From Minisyncoccota bacterium (lineage in GTDB: Bacteria > Patescibacteriota > Minisyncoccia > Phycocordibacterales > UBA2100): a stretch of DNA of 64,000 nucleotides. Location of the stretch: contig DATDWX010000006.1 of NCBI GenBank assembly GCA_036517335.1, positions 1,279 to 65,278 of the forward strand, read 5' to 3'. Below the pieces are notes generated by a model that was not told the DNA's origin, did no database searches, and worked only from the letters and a program-made list of their open reading frames with translations. Both the position numbers and the translations under genes were made by a program. Of this stretch, positions 9,371-16,998 are shown one piece after another (positions within the stretch are counted from its first letter, which is position 1; each line of letters opens with the position of its first letter).

Positions 9371-10792
9371 ATGACCGACTCGCAAAAATGGTGGGCGCTG
9401 GTGTTCTTGGTGCTCGCACAATTCATGATCGTCTTGGACGTGTCGATTTTAAATGTTGCGCTGCCTTCAATCGAGCGACAATTCTCACTTACTGTCAGTG
9501 ACCTGCAATGGATGGTGACCGCATACACGCTCTGCTTCGGCGGCTTCCTGCTCCTCGGCGGTCGCGCAGCGGATTTATACGGCCGCAAACGCGTTTTTAT
9601 TTCAGGCGTCATTGGCTTCACTGTCATATCTCTTCTGATCGGAATCGTGGATTCAGCTTCGTTCATGGTGCCGCTGCGCGCGCTGCAAGGCCTCTCCGCA
9701 GCATTCATGTCGCCCTCGGCGCTTTCTATAATCCTCACGCTTTTTCATGAGCAGCGCGAGCGAACAAAAGCACTTTCCATCTGGGGCGTGGTCTCCGCGG
9801 GCGGCGCGACCGCGGGACTCCTCCTCGGCGGCTTGCTCACGACTTATTTGAACTGGCGATGGAATTTTTTCGTCAATGTGCCGGTGGGCATCGTCGTAAT
9901 TATCGCGGCGCTGCGCCTCTTACCAGCGCGCGAGCAAGAGGAAAGCGATAAGACGCTCGATCTTCCCGGCGCCGTTCTCATCACCTCGGCGCTTCTCCTC
10001 CTCGTCTATACGCTCTCGCAGGCCAATACGTGGGGCTGGACTTCGGGCCCGACTTTCGTCCTTCTGATGTGCGCGTTCTTCCTTCTCGGCGGATTTTTCA
10101 TCAACGAAGCGCGCGCTGCGCACCCACTTACGCCACTCTCGATATTCAAAATCGGCAATGTCGTGGCGGCCGATCTGGTGCAGCTGCCCATCACCGCCAG
10201 TATGTTCTCCATGTTCTTCTTCCTCACACTCTATGTGCAAAATATTCTGCACTATTCACCGCTTCAGGCGGGACTCGCATTTGTCCCGTCTTCGATCATG
10301 ATCGGCATTTCCGCAACACTTGCGCCTCGTCTCATAGCGCGTATCGGCTACAAACCCATCCTTGTCATTGCGCCGCTTTTTCTCGTGGGCGGACTCTTCA
10401 GCTTCACGCAGCTCGCCGCGGACGGCACGTATTTCGATTTTCTCCCGGGACTACTCTTGATGGCGGTGGGGCTCGGCTCGTGTTTCGTTGCGATCGCGGT
10501 TGCGGCTACTTCCGGCATTCCAGGGGCGCAATCCGGCCTCGCCTCTGGCCTCCTCAATACCGCCCAACAGATCGGCGGCTCTCTCGGCCTCGCCATCCTC
10601 TCGAGCGTCGCGGCAGCGACGACGGCTGGCGCTCTCGTTGCAACACAAGACGACAAAGTGGGCGCACTCCTTTCAGGATTCCACAGCGCTTTCTACACTG
10701 GCATGGCCTTCGGTCTCACCGCATCTTTCTTGGCGTTCCTTTTGATCAAGCAAACCAAAGTGAGCCCAGTTCAAATTCCTCCGAGTGCTTGA
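9371..10792 (+). CDS. MFS transporter, 14-TM drug:H+ antiporter (DHA2/EmrB-QacA-like)
   Basis: 473 aa. MFS signature GxLaDxxGRkR (GGRAADLYGRKR) and ~14 hydrophobic segments. Confidence 0.85.
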   Translation: MTDSQKWWALVFLVLAQFMIVLDVSILNVALPSIERQFSLTVSDLQWMVTAYTLCFGGFLLLGGRAADLYGRKRVFISGVIGFTVISLLIGIVDSASFMVPLRALQGLSAAFMSPSALSIILTLFHEQRERTKALSIWGVVSAGGATAGLLLGGLLTTYLNWRWNFFVNVPVGIVVIIAALRLLPAREQEESDKTLDLPGAVLITSALLLLVYTLSQANTWGWTSGPTFVLLMCAFFLLGGFFINEARAAHPLTPLSIFKIGNVVAADLVQLPITASMFSMFFFLTLYVQNILHYSPLQAGLAFVPSSIMIGISATLAPRLIARIGYKPILVIAPLFLVGGLFSFTQLAADGTYFDFLPGLLLMAVGLGSCFVAIAVAATSGIPGAQSGLASGLLNTAQQIGGSLGLAILSSVAAATTAGALVATQDDKVGALLSGFHSAFYTGMAFGLTASFLAFLLIKQTKVSPVQIPPSA

Positions 10793-10882
10793 AAATTGAA
10801 TTGACGCGAGGGGCGTAGAAGCGTACGCTTTCAATATCCGACGCAACCCGCGTTCGGAAAAGCCCAAAATAGGGAGGAAGCG

Positions 10883-11104
10883 ATGGTTCGCAAAACGATT
10901 GATTCTGGTGCCCGCGTGCCCGAGGTGGTCAGCGGCCATGACGACCACCCGCGTTACCCTTCCACCGATCAACCATCGTGGTGGGATGCGCTGTGGGAAG
11001 GGTCGGCATACCCGCCCCACGGCGCCGTCGGCGTTCTCGTGCCGAGGACAAAGGCGGCAAGCGATGCTGTCGACGCCACTTTGCCGTACGATCCCCATCC
11101 ATAG
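10883..11104 (+). CDS. Hypothetical small protein (73 aa)
   Basis: Strong Shine-Dalgarno (gggagg) 6 nt upstream of the ATG, sitting in an otherwise ORF-poor 460-bp gap. No recognisable domain. Confidence 0.3.
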   Translation: MVRKTIDSGARVPEVVSGHDDHPRYPSTDQPSWWDALWEGSAYPPHGAVGVLVPRTKAASDAVDATLPYDPHP

Positions 11105-11263
11105 CCGTATGGCGCGATAGGCAGACCCCGAGACTCGCGAGCTTGCCCGCGGGTCTCGGGTGCCTCGCCCCCATGTTCTTCAGCACAAATGATTTTGTGC
11201 TCCGCGTCCGCTTGATCGCTGCCGATCAGGCGGCGTTTACTTTTTTCATGCGATAATGTTGGG

Positions 11264-11668
11264 ATGATGTACGGAAGCATCTGGCCCATCGTCGCTGCAG
11301 CGATTGCGGCGACGCTCATTGGGTATGTGTGGTACCATCCGCAGGTTTTTGGAGCGCGGTGGATGCGATTGAATGCCGTGACGCCCGAGAGAGCAGAGCT
11401 AGGAGCGAGCCGCCGGCATGCGTATACCGCGCTTGGCCTCGTGGCGAATCTCGTCATTGCGACCATCTTGCGCATGTTTCTCGGGGAGAGTGGTATGACG
11501 AGCGTGGCAGAGGCGGCGCGCATCGGTTTTTTCATCTGGGTCGGATTTGTTGCTACCATTTTGCTCGGCACGGTGCTTTGGGAGCATCGCCCCTTCTCCT
11601 TATACCTCATCAATGCGGGGTATTGGCTCTTGGCCCTCACCTCGATGGCGATTATTTTAGTGCTATGA
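11264..11668 (+). CDS. Hypothetical membrane protein (DUF1761-like, 4 TM)
   Basis: 134-aa hydrophobic ORF beginning MMYGSIWPIVAAAIAATLIGYVWY... Confidence 0.4.
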   Translation: MMYGSIWPIVAAAIAATLIGYVWYHPQVFGARWMRLNAVTPERAELGASRRHAYTALGLVANLVIATILRMFLGESGMTSVAEAARIGFFIWVGFVATILLGTVLWEHRPFSLYLINAGYWLLALTSMAIILVL

Positions 11669-11675
11669 CACGGCC

Positions 11676-12140
11676 ATGAGAGCACTTTTTTGGTTTGGAG
11701 CTCTTGTCGTGCTCTTCGGAGCAATCGTTGGGTTTGAACTTCTGCATTTCGGCGACCTTTTTGATTCAGGGCAGGTTCCCGGACCCCATTACACCCTCAC
11801 GCTTGCTGGCGCGAGCGTTCATGTGGATCTAGCCCAGACTCCAGCAGAGCTCAAAAAGGGCTTGAGTGGCCGAGCGTCGCTTCCACAGGGTGAGGGCATG
11901 CTCTTTGTCTTTGAGAATGACGACAAGCATAGCTTCTGGATGAAGGACATGTACTTTTCCATTGATATTATCTGGCTTGCAGCTGATGGCAAGGTTGTCC
12001 ACATAGCGTCGAATCTTTCCCCTGACACGTATCCACGCAATTTCACTTCGCCGAAGCCCGCCCGCTTCGTTTTAGAGGTACCGGCAGGCTGGGCAGCCGC
12101 GCACCAAGTACATATAGGCGACACGGCGCAGCTTCCATGA
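11676..12140 (+). CDS. DUF192 (COG1430) family protein
   Basis: N-terminal TM segment followed by PLxxGxMLFVFxxDxxHSFWMKDMYFSIDIIWL, which is conserved in DUF192. Confidence 0.6.
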   Translation: MRALFWFGALVVLFGAIVGFELLHFGDLFDSGQVPGPHYTLTLAGASVHVDLAQTPAELKKGLSGRASLPQGEGMLFVFENDDKHSFWMKDMYFSIDIIWLAADGKVVHIASNLSPDTYPRNFTSPKPARFVLEVPAGWAAAHQVHIGDTAQLP

Positions 12141-12162
12141 AGCGTTTACAATTTCTGCTAAT

Positions 12163-12498
12163 ATGAATTTTCTACTTTCCATTCCGTACATCGTATGGCT
12201 CATTATCTCGGCCGTTCTTTTCGCTGGCGTCGAGTACTTTTCGAAAAAATTCGCTCTCTCGCCAAGCTGGACATACATCGCACTTCTCTTTGCCGTTGAT
12301 ATTCTTGCAGTCCTAGCGTGGCTGCCCGCTATTCTTCAAAAGAATCAGTTGTCCATCGTAGGTGCCATGTGGGCAGTTCTTAGTCTAGCCGCCACTGTAT
12401 TGATCGGCACTGTCATATTCAAAGAAGCGTTGAGTACGGTCGGCATTATCGGTCTTGTATTTGCATTAATTTCGGTCGTCCTTCTCTCTATTGCTTGA
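12163..12498 (+). CDS. Small 4-TM transporter-like protein (SMR/EamA-like)
   Basis: 111 aa with four hydrophobic helices. Size and topology resemble small multidrug resistance proteins. Confidence 0.45.
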   Translation: MNFLLSIPYIVWLIISAVLFAGVEYFSKKFALSPSWTYIALLFAVDILAVLAWLPAILQKNQLSIVGAMWAVLSLAATVLIGTVIFKEALSTVGIIGLVFALISVVLLSIA

Positions 12499-12701
12499 CG
12501 TATACTCGTTTCGTGAAATTTGGTGAGCGACCCCCCTACCCATTGCAACACGAGTTAAAGAAAACGCCGCCCTCGCGGACGGTGTCTTCATATTCCATGA
12601 GCCAGTTCGGGTTCCTAGTTCAGGACTTGGTACAGGCATACTATCAGTTCGTAGATGAATGTCAAGTGAATGAAACTTGGGGAAAAACTTGGGGATTACA
12701 G

Positions 12702-12769
12702 CCGGTGATGGGAATCGAACCCACTGTTCATGGAATACCAAGTCCCGAACAGAACCATTCCACCGGCTG
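12702..12769 (-). other. tRNA-like element. It has a perfect 7-bp acceptor stem and a canonical T-arm, but a non-canonical D/anticodon region. It could be a tRNA remnant or att-site fragment, or a structural RNA.
   Basis: Minus strand reads gccggtg...gtgggTTCGATTcccat-caccggc-tg: a T-loop TTCGATT with a 5-bp stem, immediately followed by the acceptor 3-prime strand that is complementary to gccggtg 36 nt upstream. The total of 69 nt is too short for a standard cloverleaf. Confidence 0.3.
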
Positions 12770-12927
12770 ACGAGGATGGTATCACGATGATAGCTCTGGC
12801 CATGACCGAAATCCTATTAAGGTCGGACTCCGACCGCCCCGCGCGTCGGAGTTATCAACACCTCTCCCCTAACGGGGTAATTAACAGGAAGACGACATGA
12901 ACAAAAACCCAAGCGTATACTGCCGTT

Positions 12928-13461
12928 ATGCAAGAAGCCATATCTCCGTTCTGGACGGCAATTGTTTCTGTCTGGGTTTGGTACTGGAAGCTACCAACAG
13001 ACGCAAAAATTCAGTTCTGGGTATTGTTTACACTCGTTCTTACGCTTATTGTGGCTATGCTCTTTGAGTTCCTTAAGCTCCGCAAGGATATAAAATTTCT
13101 TACCTTTCAGACGTTGGAGTCAGACACACCATTAACCATTAGGATTGAATTCTCTAACGATTGCAGACGAGTAATAATTATCTCAAGCTTTTACGCAGTC
13201 TCGGTTATAGGATTAAAATCACACGATTATAAGTATTCTATTGTGCTCCAAGAAGCAGAGGCAGGATCAGCTCGGACATGGTTTGCAAAGCGCATAAGTA
13301 TTGATGATGTATACTCACTTGTGCTAACTGATTCTGTAAATAAGCCTTATATTACTTATTTATATAAGGGGAGGATTACGAGTAAATGGGTAGCTCGCTT
13401 TCACTGGTTTAGAAACTCTCTATGGACAAGAATAAAATCCTATTACCCTGCCAAGGGATAG
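12928..13461 (+). CDS. Hypothetical membrane protein in an AT-rich islet
   Basis: 177-aa ORF in a conspicuously AT-rich stretch (about 12900-13500), flanked by the tRNA-like element and the GC-rich nrdJ. Confidence 0.35.
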   Translation: MQEAISPFWTAIVSVWVWYWKLPTDAKIQFWVLFTLVLTLIVAMLFEFLKLRKDIKFLTFQTLESDTPLTIRIEFSNDCRRVIIISSFYAVSVIGLKSHDYKYSIVLQEAEAGSARTWFAKRISIDDVYSLVLTDSVNKPYITYLYKGRITSKWVARFHWFRNSLWTRIKSYYPAKG

Positions 13462-13545
13462 GCGTTGAGTTATCCACTTTTCATGTTCAGTGGCGCATCA
13501 TGTTTGCGGGAGTACAATAAATCTCCCGTTAATAACTAATCGAAG

Positions 13546-15966
13546 TTGCGCATGACTAAGACCATCACTCGACCGCGTCAGGCGCGGCCGGCAGGAGAAG
13601 CGGCCCCTCGACCGAGCGGTGAGCGAGGAAGTACTGAGCTCACCAGAGCGAACGTGCGACCGAACATCAGCTCGGCCCAGCGGGTGTACCAGAAATACCT
13701 GCCGCAGATACAGAAACGTGATGGGCGCATTGTGGAGTTTGGATTTCCGAAGATCGTCGAGGCGATCCACAAATCCATGCTCGCTTCTGCCGAAGGTTCG
13801 GCAGACGAGGCGCAGGTCATTGCTCACAAGGTGGCGGGGGAGATGATGCGCATTGCAAAGATCTACAAAAATTTCATGCCCACGGTGGAGGGCTGCCAAG
13901 ATGAGGTAGAGCGGCAGCTGATACTCTCGGATTACGTCGCGACCGCCAAAGCATACATCCTCTACCGCGCGGAGAGAGCTAAATTCCGCAAAGAGCAGGG
14001 GAGCGTGCCCGAGCATGTCAGGAAACTGGCCGACGAATCCAAAAAGTATTTCAAGAACAATCCGCTCGGTGAGTTCGTTTACTTGCGCACCTACGCGCGG
14101 TGGATAGAAAGCGAACAGCGCCGTGAAACTTGGATCGAGACCGTGGATCGGTACGTGGATTTTATGAAAGAGAACCTCGGCGACAAATTGACCAAGCGCG
14201 AATATGCCGAGGTGCGCGAAGCTATTCTGAATCAAGAGATCATGCCATCAATGCGTGCGATGCAATTTTCCGGTGCGCCAGCCAGGAAGTGCAATACCTG
14301 TTTCTACAATTGCTCATTTACCGCACCGGTGAAGCTCGAGGACTTCGCCGAGATCATGTACCTCTCGATGCAGGGCACGGGAGTGGGCTTCGCGGTGGAG
14401 AGCCAAAATATCGAGCAGCTGCCACAGATCCAAAAACAGAGCGGCGAAAAATTGGGGGTACACGTTGTCGTTGATTCGAAAGAGGGTTGGTGCGATGCAC
14501 TCACGCTTGGCCTACGTACGTGGTACGCAGGAAAGGATATCGCGTTTGATTTTTCTATGATCCGCCCCGCCGGGGCACGCCTCAAGACGATGGGTGGCAA
14601 AGCGAGCGGACCCGAGCCGCTGCGCTCTCTCTTAGAATTCGCACGCGAGCGCATCCTCAAGCGGCAAGGAAGGAGGCTCCGCACCATTGATGCCCACGAC
14701 ATCATCTGCAAGATCGGCGAGTGTGTGGTCGCGGGCGGCGTGCGTCGCTCGGCAATGATCTCGCTTTCTGACTTGGATGATCTGGAGCTGCGCGATGCCA
14801 AGAAAGGCCAGTTCTACCTCACTGCGCCGCATCGCGCAATGGCCAATAATTCGGCCGTGTACGAGACCAAGCCGACCAATGCGGAGCTCATGGATGAGTG
14901 GGTGGCCTTGATGAAATCAGGCAGCGGTGAGCGCGGGATTTTCAACCGTGGCTCCCAGCAAAAGACCATGCCAAAGCGACGGTCCAAGTTTCTCGAGAAG
15001 AAATACGGCGCCACAATGAAAGGCTACATCGGACAGATCGGCACGAATCCATGCGGTGAAATTTTGTTGCAATCCAAACAGTTCTGCAATCTCTCGGAAG
15101 TCATCGCGCGTGCCGACGACACCGAGAAATCCTTGCTGCGGAAGGCAAAATTGGCCTCACTCGTCGGCACGTACCAATCCACCCTTACCAAATTCAACTA
15201 CATTGGTGAGGAATGGAAGAAAAACTGCGAAGATGAACGCTTACTCGGCGTTTCGATCACCGGACAATGGGATTCACCAGTGGTGCGTGATGCAAAAGTG
15301 ATGCGCAAAATGCGCGACGCGACGATCACGACCAACGAGAAATATGCGAAGCGCTTCGGGGTGAATCCGTCGAATTCCATCACCTGCGTGAAGCCCTCCG
15401 GCACCGTCTCGCAGACCTTCGACTGCGCCTCCGGATTGCATCCGCGGCACTCGCAGTACTACATCCGCCGCATCCGCATCACCGCGACCGACTCGCTCTT
15501 CAAAATGGTGCGCGACCAAGGCATCCCGCATTATCCCGAAGTGGGACAAAGTGCGGCAGACGCCAACACTTACGTCTTGGAATTTCCGGTCAAAGCGCCA
15601 CAAGGTAGCGTATTCAAAAACGATCTCTCCGCACTGCAGCAGCTCGAATATTGGAAGATGGTCAAATTAAATTGGACGGAGCACAATCCTTCGGCGACCG
15701 TCTCCGTGGGCGAGGAAGAGTGGGTGGCGGTGGTCGCGTGGCTCTACGACAACTGGGACATTGTGGGAGGCCTCTCGTTCTTGCCGCGCGAAGCCCATGT
15801 GTATCGCCTCGCGCCGTACGAGACAATCGACAAAAAACGCTACGAGGCGCTCGCCGAAAATTTCCCGCAGATGGATTACTCCAAACTCTACATCTACGAA
15901 AAGACAGATGAGACCGAGCAGGCGAGGGAATTGGCTTGTGCTGGGGGGACGTGTGAAATAGTGTAA
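13546..15966 (+). CDS. nrdJ: Ribonucleotide reductase, class II (adenosylcobalamin-dependent, monomeric NrdJ-type) with an N-terminal ATP-cone
   Basis: 806 aa. ATP-cone block (RDGRIVEFGFPKIVEAI), the catalytic NPCGEI motif, and the C-terminal Cys pair CAGGTCEIV typical of class II RNR. Confidence 0.85.
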   Translation: MRMTKTITRPRQARPAGEAAPRPSGERGSTELTRANVRPNISSAQRVYQKYLPQIQKRDGRIVEFGFPKIVEAIHKSMLASAEGSADEAQVIAHKVAGEMMRIAKIYKNFMPTVEGCQDEVERQLILSDYVATAKAYILYRAERAKFRKEQGSVPEHVRKLADESKKYFKNNPLGEFVYLRTYARWIESEQRRETWIETVDRYVDFMKENLGDKLTKREYAEVREAILNQEIMPSMRAMQFSGAPARKCNTCFYNCSFTAPVKLEDFAEIMYLSMQGTGVGFAVESQNIEQLPQIQKQSGEKLGVHVVVDSKEGWCDALTLGLRTWYAGKDIAFDFSMIRPAGARLKTMGGKASGPEPLRSLLEFARERILKRQGRRLRTIDAHDIICKIGECVVAGGVRRSAMISLSDLDDLELRDAKKGQFYLTAPHRAMANNSAVYETKPTNAELMDEWVALMKSGSGERGIFNRGSQQKTMPKRRSKFLEKKYGATMKGYIGQIGTNPCGEILLQSKQFCNLSEVIARADDTEKSLLRKAKLASLVGTYQSTLTKFNYIGEEWKKNCEDERLLGVSITGQWDSPVVRDAKVMRKMRDATITTNEKYAKRFGVNPSNSITCVKPSGTVSQTFDCASGLHPRHSQYYIRRIRITATDSLFKMVRDQGIPHYPEVGQSAADANTYVLEFPVKAPQGSVFKNDLSALQQLEYWKMVKLNWTEHNPSATVSVGEEEWVAVVAWLYDNWDIVGGLSFLPREAHVYRLAPYETIDKKRYEALAENFPQMDYSKLYIYEKTDETEQARELACAGGTCEIV

Positions 15967-16018
15967 AAACGAAGCCGCCCGGCGAGGCTCAATGCTCGCC
16001 GGGGGCTTTGCTTCGTTC
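15967..16018. terminator. Nested GC-rich hairpin downstream of nrdJ (putative terminator)
   Basis: aaacgaagc-cgcccggcgag-gctcaatg-ctcgccgggg-gctttgcttcgtt: a double inverted repeat that begins right after the nrdJ stop. Confidence 0.4.
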
Positions 16019-16045
16019 GCACGAACGGCAATTAAGCGAAGCTCC

Positions 16046-16282
16046 TTATCGAGAATCGTTGGCCCACATCTCGCGCTGGAATCTCAGCACCTGTTCCCGC
16101 CATTGCTGGAACGAGAGAGCCACCTCTTTTGAGCCGAAAATCTCAACGAGAAATTCATCACTGCACGAGTCAGAGCCGAATGGCATGTGCTCCTCAGCGC
16201 GCCGTCGAATCTTATTTTTCATTGCATTCGACATTGCGTGAGGTCTCAAAAAATCGCGCAAATCATCTCGATGGATACGCAT
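16046..16282 (-). CDS. Hypothetical small protein (78 aa)
   Basis: ORF on the minus strand between the nrdJ terminator and rnpB. A longer upstream extension is rejected because it would overlap rnpB. Confidence 0.25.
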   Translation of the reverse strand: MRIHRDDLRDFLRPHAMSNAMKNKIRRRAEEHMPFGSDSCSDEFLVEIFGSKEVALSFQQWREQVLRFQREMWANDSR

Positions 16283-16355
16283 GTGCTTTCTCCTGTTGCC
16301 ACAGCCTAGTGGTTTATAAGTCAATTTTACTCTCAATGGCAAGTATGATACATTG

Positions 16356-16795
16356 AAGGCCTGCGCAAGGCAGCCGCTCCTACGAAAGTAGGGGAGGAAA
16401 GTCCGGACACGCCCCGGCACTTTCTAGAGCTTAAATTTCCGACTAGAGGTAAACGTTTGTTTATAGTTGGGAGTAGGGAACTTTAGAAAGTGCCGGGAGG
16501 ACGGTAGCGGGTAACGCCCGTCGTGCGCGAGCATAGGGATGCGAACAGAGACGCCCGAGCAGAGATGCAAAGGCCCGTGTAAGAGGACTCCCCTCGTACA
16601 TGGTGAACTCGGCCGAAAGGTCGAGGTGCAACGGCAAAATTCCTACCTGCGTGCAAGGCCGTGTTCGTGGAGAACCAATTGGACTTCACGAAAGTGCCGC
16701 TTGACTCCGAGAGTAATCAAGGAGCTAGATGAATGGCTGCTCATGCCGAAAGGCAAGACAGAATCCGGCTTACAAGCGCAGTGCAGCGAGCGAAG
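16356..16795 (+). ncRNA. rnpB: RNase P RNA (bacterial type), with an extended AT-rich P3 insertion
   Basis: Conserved rnpB blocks: ggggaggaaagtccggac (P4 5-prime strand), ggtaacgcccg, and acagaatccggcttacaag (P4 3-prime strand). The long P3 stem is ccggcactttctagag...ctttagaaagtgccgg. Confidence 0.75.
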
Positions 16796-16998
16796 CAGAA
16801 ATGCTTCGCTTTTCTGCTTCCGAGCAAACAAGCTTGAATGAGCGAAGCGACTATCAGCGCAGCGAAGGCGAGCAAAGCGAAAGCGATGCTCGCTTTCGCT
16901 TTAGAGCGGGCACAGCTGCCTTCGGCGAGGCCGAAGCCTAAGCGCAGTACACAACCCTGCCTTTTTGGCGGGGTTGTGCTTTGTGATACTATCCTTGC

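Noticed and set aside
10969-11724. 251-aa minus-strand ORF
   Set aside because: It overlaps the plus-strand DUF1761-like membrane protein gene and the upstream GC-rich spacer. The translation is Arg/Pro-rich low complexity, typical of an antisense artefact.
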